A stretch of 53,667 bases of DNA from Ignavibacteria bacterium GWC2_36_12 (GCA_001802795.1 MGZZ01000089.1:1-53667), one strand, 5' to 3'. Shown: positions 17,072-26,579, numbered from the stretch's first letter. Made by a program: numbers and translations. The notes: generated from the letters alone by a model not told the origin.

Positions 17072-17554
17072 TTATTTCCCTTTCGCTATCCACCGGTTTA
17101 CAGAGTTCTTATATTCCATATAGCTTTCTCCAAACCGTTGCTCCAACCCAGGTTCTTCAACAAAAACTACAAACAAATGAAAGAGAAACATAAGCACTAC
17201 TGACAGGATAAGGATTGATATTGAATGATGATACAAACCAAATCCTAATAACAAAATATGTCCCCCAATATACATTGGATTACGGACAAATTTATAAGGA
17301 CCAATTGCAACAAACTCAGTCGGTGGATCAAAAACAGCAGGAGTTCCCTTCCCCCTTATGATAAATACTCCAACACAAATTAGTACAAGAATTCCTCCAA
17401 CAATCATTAAGATAATTCCCGGAAGTTTTGTCCACTCAGATAATAAACCAATGTCCTGATCATATATCCGAACCCTTAAAGCTATCCAGCCAAAGAAAAG
17501 AATAAATGCAGGAACGTAGATGAGAGATCTTAGAAATGAAAATAAAATTTTCAT
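17072..17554 (-). CDS. isoprenylcysteine carboxyl / phospholipid methyltransferase family membrane protein
   Basis: 160 aa with 4-5 TM helices. Motif GPYKFVRNPMYIGG...EEPGLEQRFGESYMEYKNSV is typical of the ICMT/PEMT family. Confidence 0.7.
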   Translation of the reverse strand: MKILFSFLRSLIYVPAFILFFGWIALRVRIYDQDIGLLSEWTKLPGIILMIVGGILVLICVGVFIIRGKGTPAVFDPPTEFVAIGPYKFVRNPMYIGGHILLLGFGLYHHSISILILSVVLMFLFHLFVVFVEEPGLEQRFGESYMEYKNSVNRWIAKGK

Positions 17555-17617
17555 TTAAGGTTATTTAATTTATTCAATAAAAATTTAGTTCTTTCGAGAG
17601 AACCCACAACCGATTTG

Positions 17618-17691
17618 TACGCCCGGTAGGATTCGAACCCACAACCCTCAGATCCGAAGTCTGATGCTCTATCCAGTTGAGCTACGGGCGC
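17618..17691 (-). tRNA. tRNA-Arg (anticodon TCG)
   Basis: The reverse strand folds as a cloverleaf. Acceptor GCGCCCG/CGGGCGT (one G-U pair). D arm GCTC-AACTGGATA-GAGC. Anticodon arm TCAGA-CTTCGGA-TCTGA (anticodon TCG). Variable loop GGGTT. T arm GTGGG-TTCGAAT-CCTAC. Discriminator A. CCA is not encoded. Confidence 0.9.
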
Positions 17692-17818
17692 ATCTAATTT
17701 ACAGTATATAATTTACAATTTTATTGAGAATTATTTCATCACTCACTAACGTCATTTAATCACATTTCTTTTGTATTTTCATCAGCATAAGATTTATCTT
17801 ACAGAAAATTGAATTAAT

Positions 17819-18913
17819 GTGAATAGAAAAACGGGCATTCCAATAAGTCTTAAAAGCTGGCTGATTATTTTCCTGCTCTGGCTTGCATTAGGATTTTACT
17901 TTGTACTTTCATCGTATGTTTATTACCTGAATCTTGACCGCCCATTTAACTGGGAAATAAACATAACCAGGAATATGCCTTCCTTTTTTTTATGGGGATT
18001 GCTCGCACCAGCTGTTATTTATTTCGCTCTCAGGTTCAGGATTGAAAAAACAAATTTCTATACTAAGATTTTAACCCAGATTTTAATTGGAGCCGTTGTT
18101 GCATTTGTGCATCGTGTACTTTCAGCATCGTTATCATATTCTATTTCCTGGTCTCTGGGGAATACAGAAGCGAGTCTTTTTGATATTTTGCTGGGAGAAA
18201 AATTCATAATCTTCTCCGCCTGGTTTGACGGCTTCTTTACATACTGGGTTTTTCTTGCAGCTATTTATAGTTTTGATTATTACAAAAGTTTCAATGAAAA
18301 TAAAATAAAGGCTACCCTGCTTGAAGCAAAGCTTGCACAGGCTGAACTTAATGCTCTCAAGATGCAGCTGCAGCCACATTTTCTTTTCAACACTTTAAAT
18401 GCTATTTCTGTTCTCGTTCATAAAGATCCTGAATCTGCGGATGAAATGATTACAAGATTAAGTGATTTGCTAAGGCTTACACTCGATAAATTCGGACAGA
18501 AAAAAGTTACGCTGAAAGAAGAAATTGATTTTATAAATTCGTACCTGGACATTCAAAAAATAAGGTATAAAGACAGGTTAAATATTAAAATGAATATCTC
18601 TCCATCAACAATTGATCTTGAAGTTCCGGCTTTAATACTACAGCCTGTTATTGAGAATTCGATTAAGCATGCAGTTGAACCTTCATCAAAGCAAACAAAT
18701 ATTTCTATTTCAACTTTTATTGATAAAAATTATCTGAATATTGAAATAACAGATAACGGTCTCGGAATGAACAACAATACAAATGAAGGTGTAGGAATCA
18801 AAAACATAAAAGCCAGACTTGAGCAGATGTATGGAGAAAATAAATTATTTAGCATGTCTGATTCTGAAGGAGGAGTAAAAACAATAATTCAAATTCCGGT
18901 TGAACAGGATTGA
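17819..18913 (+). CDS. LytS/YehU-type sensor histidine kinase
   Basis: 364 aa with a GTG start. It has 4-5 N-terminal TM helices, the His_kinase internal region (LKMQLQPHFLFNTLNAISVLV), and HATPase_c (LILQPVIENSIKHA...DNGLGM...GVGIKNIKARL). Confidence 0.85.
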   Translation: MNRKTGIPISLKSWLIIFLLWLALGFYFVLSSYVYYLNLDRPFNWEINITRNMPSFFLWGLLAPAVIYFALRFRIEKTNFYTKILTQILIGAVVAFVHRVLSASLSYSISWSLGNTEASLFDILLGEKFIIFSAWFDGFFTYWVFLAAIYSFDYYKSFNENKIKATLLEAKLAQAELNALKMQLQPHFLFNTLNAISVLVHKDPESADEMITRLSDLLRLTLDKFGQKKVTLKEEIDFINSYLDIQKIRYKDRLNIKMNISPSTIDLEVPALILQPVIENSIKHAVEPSSKQTNISISTFIDKNYLNIEITDNGLGMNNNTNEGVGIKNIKARLEQMYGENKLFSMSDSEGGVKTIIQIPVEQD

Positions 18914-19032
18914 TTTTGATTGTATTGTCATTCCTACGAAGGTGAGAATCTATTAAGAGTTTAAAATAAATGGATTCCCGTTTTCTCGGGAGAGAGTTCA
19001 TTTTTAATTAACATTGAATAAAAATATTTAAC

Positions 19033-19791
19033 ATGATTAAAACAATTATCGTTGATGATGAAGAGCTTGCACGGGAAAGAATCAGGAGATTTCTTAATGA
19101 GAATGACAATTTCAAAGTCGTAGCTGAATGCAGGAATGGGAAAGAATGCATCCAGGCAATTTTAAAGCATAAACCTGATTTAATGTTTCTGGATATCCAG
19201 ATGCCGGGAATGGATGGGCTTGAAATTCTAAATCATTTAAAAGACGATCTTCCCATAATAATTTTTGTAACAGCCTTTGATGAATATGCTGTGAAAGCAT
19301 TTGAGGTTCAGGCTTTAGATTATCTTCTGAAACCTTTTGACAGGAAAAGATTCAATCTTGCTCTTGAGCGTGCATCAAAAATAATTAGTAAATCAAAAGA
19401 AAAAGATTTTGAGAAAAAAAATCATTCGCTTCTGAAATATTTGGACGCATCTGAAAATGAATATTCCAAAAGATTTATAATTAAGCAGTCCGGTAAAATT
19501 TCTTTCGTGCCGGTTGATGAGATTGATTACTTAGAAGCAACCGGGAATTATATTAAGCTTGTAACGGCAAATGGCTCTTATCTTATGCGGGAAACTATGA
19601 ACAACATTGAAAAAAAAATTGAACCGGGTAAGTTTATACGAATTCACAGATCATTTATTATAAAAACAGAAAGGATAAAGGAATTAAAACCTTACTTTAA
19701 CGGCGAATATATAATTGTTTTAAAAAGCGGTAAGGAACTTAAATCAAGTAAAACATACAAAAACGGGATTAATTCTTTGCTTCTCAAATAA
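19033..19791 (+). CDS. LytR/AlgR-family response regulator (REC + LytTR DNA-binding domain)
   Basis: 252 aa. REC motifs: IIVDDEELARE, DLMFLDIQMPGMDG, FVTAFDEYAVKAF. LytTR motifs: IDYLEATGNYIKLVT...FIRIHRSFII. Confidence 0.9.
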   Translation: MIKTIIVDDEELARERIRRFLNENDNFKVVAECRNGKECIQAILKHKPDLMFLDIQMPGMDGLEILNHLKDDLPIIIFVTAFDEYAVKAFEVQALDYLLKPFDRKRFNLALERASKIISKSKEKDFEKKNHSLLKYLDASENEYSKRFIIKQSGKISFVPVDEIDYLEATGNYIKLVTANGSYLMRETMNNIEKKIEPGKFIRIHRSFIIKTERIKELKPYFNGEYIIVLKSGKELKSSKTYKNGINSLLLK

Positions 19792-19905
19792 TTTCATCAC
19801 GTCAAAAAATCAATTCATAACATCAGCAACAACAACTATCACTTCTTCATTTAATAATCGATAAAAGAAACAAATCTTTACTTTACATTAAAAAGGAGTA
19901 AAGCT

Positions 19906-21654
19906 ATGAAGTTCCTCTATACATTTCTCGTTGTTGTTTCCTTTGCTGTCTCGGCAAGCGCACAGTTATTTACAAAAGTAACCGACGGTAATCCGGTTAA
20001 TGATGGTGGCGATTCACGAGCCGTCAACTGGATTGATTATGATAATGATGGGGATCTCGATCTTTATGTGACAAATGGACCTCAGGCAGGACAAAATAAT
20101 TTCCTCTATCAGAATAACGGGGATGAAACTTTTACAAAAATTACTTCAGTCGTTATTGCAAATGATGGAAAAGCTTCAGATGGAAGTACCTGGGGAGATT
20201 ATGATAATGATGGTGATCTCGATCTGTTTGTTGCAAACTGGTGGGGACAAAATAATCTTCTCTACTCGAATAATGGTGATGGTACCTTTACATTTGAATC
20301 GGCTCTTGCTCCATCAATTGGCGAAACTTATTCAGAAACTGCAAGCTGGGGTGATTACAATATTGACGGATACATTGACCTCTATGTATGTAACAGCGGA
20401 GGCACCAGACGCAACCAACTTTTTCTGAACAACACCAATGGAACTTTTACTGAGATAGCAACCGGCTCATTAGTTACCGACCATCATTATTCACGAAATG
20501 CTGACTGGGTTGATTATAACCGTGATGCTATTCCAGACCTTTATGTAGCGAATGAAGAAAATCAGAATAATGCTCTCTACAAAGGAAACACTGATGGTTC
20601 TTTTACTAAAATAACCGGACTAAATATTGTTTCAGACGGAGGAAGATCGACAAGCAGCAATTGGGAAGATATTGATAATGACGGAGACTTTGATCTTTTT
20701 GTTGCTAACTGGGGAAACCAGAATAATTTTCTTTATTTTAATAATGGAGACACTACTTTCACTAAAGTCACAGAACAAAATGTTGTAACAGATGGGGGCA
20801 ATTCATTTGGCAGCAGCTTTGGCGATGTTGATAATGACGGTGATCTCGACTTTATTGTAACAAATGCTTTTGTGAATTCACAGCAAGTAAATTTCTTTTA
20901 TTTAAATAATGGTGATGGAACTTTTACAAGAGACACGGGAATTGTTTCCACTGAAACCGGATGGTCTTACGGTTGTGCATTCGGAGATTATAATGATGAT
21001 GGTTATCTTGATCTTTTCGTCGCAAAGTGTTTAAATGCAAATGAAGATAATTCTCTTTTCAGAAATAATGGCGGGGCAAATAGCTGGCTGAAAATGGACC
21101 TGGTTGGAGTAGAATCAAACTACTCTGCAATTGGTGCAGTTGTAAAATTAAAAGCAGAAATTTCCGGCAAATCTTTTTGGCAAACTAGAAGAGTTGCAGG
21201 ACAAAACGGATATTGTGGTCAGACTCTTCAAATCCATTTTGGGCTTGGAGATGCTTCTGTTGCCGATTCAATTATTATTGAATGGCCTTCGGGCATCAGG
21301 CAGGTTTTGGAAAATCAAAATGCAAATCAGCATCTAATAATAACTGAAGATACAACTTTAACTTCGGTTAATGACGAGGTCGGAGCAATAAATAAATTTG
21401 ATCTATTTCAGAATTATCCGAATCCCTTTAATCCTATTACAATTATTAATTTTCAATTAGAATCTGCAGCAGAAATAAATTTATCTGTTTTCAATCAACT
21501 TGGTGAGCTAATTGAAAATCTTTATAAAGGATATAAAGATGCGGGAAGATATTCGTTTGAATTTAATGGTGCAAATTTTACTTCAGGTGTTTACTTATAC
21601 ACTTTAAAAACCTCAGAATTCACACGGAGTAAAAAAATGATTCTGTTGAAGTAA
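19906..21654 (+). CDS. FG-GAP/VCBS repeat protein with ASPIC/UnbV domain and T9SS C-terminal sorting domain (paralogue of 3152-5635)
   Basis: 582 aa with a signal peptide. Has repeated W-x-DYDNDGDLDL motifs and an UnbV_ASPIC block (VKLKAEISGKSFWQTRRVAG...HFGLGDASVADSIIIEWPSG). C-terminus is FQNYPNPFNPITIINF...TSGVYLYTL...KKMILLK. Confidence 0.85.
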   Translation: MKFLYTFLVVVSFAVSASAQLFTKVTDGNPVNDGGDSRAVNWIDYDNDGDLDLYVTNGPQAGQNNFLYQNNGDETFTKITSVVIANDGKASDGSTWGDYDNDGDLDLFVANWWGQNNLLYSNNGDGTFTFESALAPSIGETYSETASWGDYNIDGYIDLYVCNSGGTRRNQLFLNNTNGTFTEIATGSLVTDHHYSRNADWVDYNRDAIPDLYVANEENQNNALYKGNTDGSFTKITGLNIVSDGGRSTSSNWEDIDNDGDFDLFVANWGNQNNFLYFNNGDTTFTKVTEQNVVTDGGNSFGSSFGDVDNDGDLDFIVTNAFVNSQQVNFFYLNNGDGTFTRDTGIVSTETGWSYGCAFGDYNDDGYLDLFVAKCLNANEDNSLFRNNGGANSWLKMDLVGVESNYSAIGAVVKLKAEISGKSFWQTRRVAGQNGYCGQTLQIHFGLGDASVADSIIIEWPSGIRQVLENQNANQHLIITEDTTLTSVNDEVGAINKFDLFQNYPNPFNPITIINFQLESAAEINLSVFNQLGELIENLYKGYKDAGRYSFEFNGANFTSGVYLYTLKTSEFTRSKKMILLK

Positions 21655-21756
21655 CTTCGATGTGATTTCCTCGTTATATTGTAATTGAAAATTAAATTTT
21701 TAAGTTATTGAAATGAATATGCGATGAAAGAACATACAAACACATTGCCTAATTAA

Positions 21757-22248
21757 ATGCTAGCCTCTGAAGAAACCACAAAACATATGAAAGCTGCTCT
21801 AAAGGAAGCTGTAAAAGCATTTGATAAAGACGAAGTGCCGGTTGGAGCAATTGTTGTGCATAATAACCAGGTAATAGGAAAAGGATACAATCAAACCGAA
21901 ACCTTAAAAGATCCTACGGCTCATGCTGAAATGATAGCAATTACTGCTGCAGCAAATCATATTGGAAACTGGCGCCTGAATGAATGCGATATTTATGTTA
22001 CTCTTGAACCTTGTATTATGTGTGCGGGAGCAATAATGAATGCCCGTATAAAAAACCTCTTCTTCGCGGAGTTTGACCCTAAGTTCGGAGCTTGCGGTTC
22101 TCTTTATAATCTGCCCGGGGAAAATAAATATAACTATAGAATTAATGTTTTTTCTGGGCTTTGTGAAAATGAAAGCAGGTCTTTACTCCAGGAGTTCTTC
22201 AGAAATTTACGATTGATCGAGAAGCAAAAGCCCGGTAGCTTTTCTTAA
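21757..22248 (+). CDS. tadA: tRNA adenosine(34) deaminase
   Basis: 163 aa. CDA zinc motifs HAEMIAI and PCIMCAGA, with the EVPVGAIVV context. An alternative start exists at 21787. Confidence 0.85.
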   Translation: MLASEETTKHMKAALKEAVKAFDKDEVPVGAIVVHNNQVIGKGYNQTETLKDPTAHAEMIAITAAANHIGNWRLNECDIYVTLEPCIMCAGAIMNARIKNLFFAEFDPKFGACGSLYNLPGENKYNYRINVFSGLCENESRSLLQEFFRNLRLIEKQKPGSFS

Positions 22249-22332
22249 ATATAGTTCTTATCTATAAATTTATAAAACCTTGATTAAGATTTTGAATAAT
22301 AATAACTTAGTTATAAGATTCTTAAGGTTTTT

Positions 22333-22971
22333 ATGCGGATAATACTTTTCGGTGCACCAGGGGTTGGTAAAGGAACTCAAGCTAAAATTCTTTCTTCTAA
22401 ATTAAACATACCTCATATTTCAACAGGAGATATTCTTAGATCAGCAATTGAAAAGAAAACTCACCTCGGAATAGAAGCAAAAAAACTAATGGATAAAGGT
22501 GAATTGGTACCGGATGAAATAATGGTCGGGATCATTCGTGATACTTTAAAAGAAGAAAGGAGTAAAAACGGTTTTATTTTGGATGGGTTTCCAAGAACAG
22601 TAGCGCAAGCTAAAGAGCTTGACAGGCTTTTAACTGAACTTAATATGAACCCCAAAAAAATAGTAGCTGTTACAACCGACGAAAAAGAGATAATCAAGCG
22701 GCTCACAAACAGAAAAGCATGTAAAAATTGTAACTATATTCTCCCGCTTGATGAAATAAAAGATAATAGTTGTCCTAACTGCGGAGCTAAGGATAGTCTT
22801 TACCAGAGAAGTGATGATAAAGAAGAAGTTATTAAGAAAAGGCTTGAAATATTTAACTCCACCACTAAACCGGTACTTGACTACTATAACGAAAACGACA
22901 AAGTAATTTATGTTGAAGGCACTGGAAAGATTGAAGAAATATCAGAAAGAATTTTATCTAAGCTTACTTAA
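22333..22971 (+). CDS. adk: adenylate kinase (long form with Cys4 zinc lid)
   Basis: 212 aa. P-loop GAPGVGKGTQ, then GFILDGFPRT, then lid CKNC...CPNC. Confidence 0.95.
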   Translation: MRIILFGAPGVGKGTQAKILSSKLNIPHISTGDILRSAIEKKTHLGIEAKKLMDKGELVPDEIMVGIIRDTLKEERSKNGFILDGFPRTVAQAKELDRLLTELNMNPKKIVAVTTDEKEIIKRLTNRKACKNCNYILPLDEIKDNSCPNCGAKDSLYQRSDDKEEVIKKRLEIFNSTTKPVLDYYNENDKVIYVEGTGKIEEISERILSKLT

Positions 22972-22972
22972 T

Positions 22973-23647
22973 TCATTCTTCTCTTTGCTTTAAAACACCT
23001 CTAAAAGCTTGTCCATTCTCGATCTTAATTATCTTTGCATTGTATTTCTTTACAATCTCATAATTATGAGTCGCAAAGAGAACTGCCGTGCCTTTTGAAT
23101 TTATCTTCCTGAAAATTTCGACAATCTCATAAGAAGTTTCAGGATCAAGGTTGCCTGTTGGTTCATCTGCAAGTAATAAAACCGGCTCATTTATTACAGC
23201 CCTGGCAATCGCTATTCTTTGCTTCTCCCCTCCCGACAATTCATCGGGTTTACTATTTTTTCTATGCGCTAAACCTACTTCAGCAAGAGCATTAATAACT
23301 CTTTTTCTGATTTCATTCCTCGGTACTTTGATTACCTCCAGAACAAAAGCCAGGTTATCGTAAATGTCTCTGTCTCTCAAAAGTTTAAAGTCCTGAAAAA
23401 CAACCCCGAGTTTTCTCCTCAGGTAGGGTAATTGTCCTGGTTTTATGGTTTTAGAATTATATTCATCTACCTGTACAATGCCTGAATCCGGGAATATATT
23501 CATGTAAACTAGCTGAAGAATTGTACTTTTCCCTGAGCCGCTTTTTCCTATCAGGAAACAAAATTCTCCCTTTTCGAGATTTAGGTTCAGATCGGTAAAT
23601 ACAGGCTGGTGCGGATATCCGAAATCTACATTGTTAAATGACAGCAT
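22973..23647 (-). CDS. ftsE: cell division ATP-binding protein FtsE-like ABC ATPase
   Basis: 224 aa. Walker A GKSGSGKST, RRKLGVVFQDFKLL, LSGGEKQRIAIARA, LLADEPTGNLD. No ftsX gene is adjacent. Confidence 0.8.
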   Translation of the reverse strand: MLSFNNVDFGYPHQPVFTDLNLNLEKGEFCFLIGKSGSGKSTILQLVYMNIFPDSGIVQVDEYNSKTIKPGQLPYLRRKLGVVFQDFKLLRDRDIYDNLAFVLEVIKVPRNEIRKRVINALAEVGLAHRKNSKPDELSGGEKQRIAIARAVINEPVLLLADEPTGNLDPETSYEIVEIFRKINSKGTAVLFATHNYEIVKKYNAKIIKIENGQAFRGVLKQREE

Positions 23648-24374
23648 TGTTAATTTTCTTGATTATAAATTGTGCTCTTTGAGATGTCGGTTTTGCATTT
23701 TCAAAACTAAAAGATTCGTAACAGGCTACGGCAAGTAATTTTGCTTTTTCAAGCAAATCAAAATAAGCTTCTAAAGGATAAATCTTTTGCCTGTGAATTT
23801 CTTTATAAATTTTACCCTTAAATCTAATTTCAAAAATATTTTTATGAATCCTTGAATTTTTATTATACAAGCTTAAATGTTTATAACGAATATTTTTTCT
23901 TCTGCCTGTTCTCAACGGAACCGCCACATACTTTAAGCTGTTCCTTTCAAGACTTACATCGAAAGTAAAAATACCATTTTTGCTGAGAATATTATACACT
24001 TCCTTAAATAATTTCAAAAGATCTTTTTTGTTAGTAAGATAATTAATGCTGTCAAATGTACAATAGATAAGATCAAATTTGTTTTTGAACGGTATGTATG
24101 GCATTTCACAACAAACTTTCCGAAGCTTATTTTTCCCGGATGAAAGCATTTCAAAACTTTTATCTGTAACTAAAATATTGGGATAAAACTTGAGAAAAAT
24201 ATTTGAGAACATGCCGTTTCCGCCAGCCAGCTCTAAAACTTTGTCATTACTACTAACATAGGGTTTACTTAATTTATAAATATAATTAGTCCACAGCTTA
24301 TAATTAACGTGACTCATCAAATGATCGTAAACAAAAACTAATTTTTCGTAAGGTCGGACTTCTAAATCAGGCAT
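23634..24374 (-). CDS. class I SAM-dependent methyltransferase
   Basis: 246 aa. Motif I is VLELAGGNG, followed by an acidic residue in LVTDKS, then DLIYCTFDSINYL. Overlaps both neighbours (8 nt and 14 nt). Confidence 0.7.
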   Translation of the reverse strand: MPDLEVRPYEKLVFVYDHLMSHVNYKLWTNYIYKLSKPYVSSNDKVLELAGGNGMFSNIFLKFYPNILVTDKSFEMLSSGKNKLRKVCCEMPYIPFKNKFDLIYCTFDSINYLTNKKDLLKLFKEVYNILSKNGIFTFDVSLERNSLKYVAVPLRTGRRKNIRYKHLSLYNKNSRIHKNIFEIRFKGKIYKEIHRQKIYPLEAYFDLLEKAKLLAVACYESFSFENAKPTSQRAQFIIKKINNAVI

Positions 24375-25350
24375 TTTTATTTCTGTTTTTCGATATCAGT
24401 TCTCCATATCTATATGCCCTGGTGATGCTGGATTCATCTGCCATATTCCTCCATGCAATATCATAAGCAACTCCGTGATCCGGAGACGTTCTGATAATCT
24501 TTAAACCTGCTGTAAAATTAACACCCGAAGAAAAATTTAATAACTTAAATGGAATCAGAACCTGGTCGTGGTACATACCTAAAACCAGATCATAATCTTT
24601 ATACATTTTTGCACCAAAGAATGCATCGGGAGAAAACGGTCCTGATATATTCTTTTTTAATCCTAAGCTTTTAATAACAGGTTTAATTACTTTTTCCTCC
24701 TCATCCCCGATAATTCCATTTTCACCGGCATGGGGATTAAGACCAAGAACTGCAATGCGGGGATTAGAAATTTTCAAATCTTCTTTAAGTGTTTGAAACA
24801 TAATTTGTAAGGTACTTGAAAGCTTATTCTTTGTAATCTGCCGGGGCACCTGTTTTATCGGTATGTGAATTGTTAACAATGCAGAATTCATTTTTTCCGA
24901 AAGGAACATTATTACATAATTGTTTGTACCCGACCATTTTGCCAGCATTTCTGTGTGACCGGGAAAATTTATTTTTGCTAAATTAAAGGCGGTTTTGGAA
25001 ATGGGTGCTGTAATAATTGCGTCCACTTTTTTCTTATCAGCAAGTTCAAAAGCAAGCTCGATTGCTCTGTAAGATATTCTACCCGAATCCGCCGTTGGCT
25101 TTCCCGGATTAATCCTGACTTTTCCTAAATCAATAACCTGAACGGGAAATGCAGATGACTGGTTAATTCTCTTTACGATTTCAAATTTAAATTTTGGCTT
25201 TACAAGTCGTGCGGTTTCGATAAAAACATTAGAAGGGCAAATAAAATAAAATTTGGTTTTAGCTTTGGCGGATATTTTGTTGAGGGTTTTAATTACAATT
25301 TCAGGACCTATTCCATTAATATCTCCACATGTAAAAACAAATCTTTTCAT
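24367..25350 (-). CDS. pdxA: 4-hydroxythreonine-4-phosphate dehydrogenase
   Basis: 327 aa. Motifs GDINGIGPEI, FPGHTEMLA, GLNPHAGENG, MYHDQVLIPFK, IRTSPDHGVAYDIA. Confidence 0.9.
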   Translation of the reverse strand: MKRFVFTCGDINGIGPEIVIKTLNKISAKAKTKFYFICPSNVFIETARLVKPKFKFEIVKRINQSSAFPVQVIDLGKVRINPGKPTADSGRISYRAIELAFELADKKKVDAIITAPISKTAFNLAKINFPGHTEMLAKWSGTNNYVIMFLSEKMNSALLTIHIPIKQVPRQITKNKLSSTLQIMFQTLKEDLKISNPRIAVLGLNPHAGENGIIGDEEEKVIKPVIKSLGLKKNISGPFSPDAFFGAKMYKDYDLVLGMYHDQVLIPFKLLNFSSGVNFTAGLKIIRTSPDHGVAYDIAWRNMADESSITRAYRYGELISKNRNKNA

Positions 25351-26579
25351 TAACTACTTTCTAACGAAAATTCCCCGGTACCATCTTTATCCACAAATAC
25401 AAATTTACGCTGCAGCTTATCATAAATCCAGGTTTCGACAACTTTACCCTGCAGGTTTGAACTTCTTTCAATTTTATTTGGCTTGCCAAATTTTACAAAA
25501 ATTTTTCCCCTGTCTGATTCAACACCTTTCACCCCGGTTATAGAACCGAAGTTTTTCAGAGTGTAATCGACGCGGGTGTAAAACTCAGCCATTAATTCAT
25601 TGTATTCAGTTTCAGGAGTAGGATCTATCTTCTTCCAGTAACCAACAAGCGCTTTATAAATTAATTCTTCCCCCTGGCTTAACAAAGAATCAACCACATC
25701 TTCATTTTCAATGTTTTTAATGGCTTTAACAGCTTCTTCCGGATTTCTTAACGATACAGGTTTATCATACCAAAAGACATCTTTCTTGAAGTTTGCATCC
25801 TTGTTTTCATCGATAACTATTGTAAAAGTTCCTTCCTGAAGTTTATTGCTTATACCGGGTAAAACGTAGTTCCTTGTTTTTATTCCTTCGTTCCTTTCGG
25901 ATAATAAAATTTTTCCGTCACATTCAAAAAAATCAAGATTAGATACAAAAGACGTTATCACCTTACCATAATAAACCGTATCAATCCCGCTTATAACGGT
26001 TACAAAAATTTCCTCCTCTGAAATATCCGAAACGGGAATAATAAAATCACATGGTTCGCTTCCGAACGGCAAAGAATTCTCATAGTTTGTAAGCCTCAAA
26101 AAATCCTGACCATCACACCTGATTTTTTTTGCATCAACAATTAATGGCTCTCTATATTTTTTGTCCGAAACATCAATCCTGACATTCTCTAATTTTAATT
26201 CCCTTGAGTTTTTGTCTGTTACAATCGGCAGAATATTATAAGAACCGTTTGCAAGTTCTATTTTAATCATCCCCTCTGCAAATATTTCGGAAGAGCTAGT
26301 TTCTTCGAACAAATTGGTCCGAATGTTCCAGTCTTTAATTTCCCTATCAACAAACTTCGAATTTGTATCGGTAACTTCTAAATATAACCGGAGTTGCGCA
26401 GTATATTGATTTTCATTTTTTTGAAAGACCAGGTTCTGATATGGTACCCTGTAGAGGAAAAATATTGTTGAGAGCGAGTCTCCCGGTACAATATATGTTT
26501 GTGTGAAAATTTGTTTGTGAAAAGGCTGGCAATAGGAGACAGCATACACGATATGCAATAGCAGAAATAGTTTCTTCAT
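25350..26579 (-). CDS. GWxTD domain-containing protein
   Basis: 409 aa with a signal peptide. The C-terminal region EFYTRVDYTLKNFG...GVESDRGKIFVKFGKPNKIE...ETWIYD fits the GWxTD family pattern, with W replaced. Family call made from memory. Confidence 0.55.
   Translation of the reverse strand: MKKLFLLLHIVYAVSYCQPFHKQIFTQTYIVPGDSLSTIFFLYRVPYQNLVFQKNENQYTAQLRLYLEVTDTNSKFVDREIKDWNIRTNLFEETSSSEIFAEGMIKIELANGSYNILPIVTDKNSRELKLENVRIDVSDKKYREPLIVDAKKIRCDGQDFLRLTNYENSLPFGSEPCDFIIPVSDISEEEIFVTVISGIDTVYYGKVITSFVSNLDFFECDGKILLSERNEGIKTRNYVLPGISNKLQEGTFTIVIDENKDANFKKDVFWYDKPVSLRNPEEAVKAIKNIENEDVVDSLLSQGEELIYKALVGYWKKIDPTPETEYNELMAEFYTRVDYTLKNFGSITGVKGVESDRGKIFVKFGKPNKIERSSNLQGKVVETWIYDKLQRKFVFVDKDGTGEFSLESS

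Noticed and set aside
19414-19618. A8 (19414-19421) and A9 (19610-19618) homopolymer runs inside the LytTR regulator gene as potential slipped-strand phase-variation switches.
   Set aside because: They encode Lys-rich segments (EKKNH, EKKIE). Similar runs occur in many housekeeping genes here, for example a T-run in acpS near 36995. This is a composition effect, not a specific switch.
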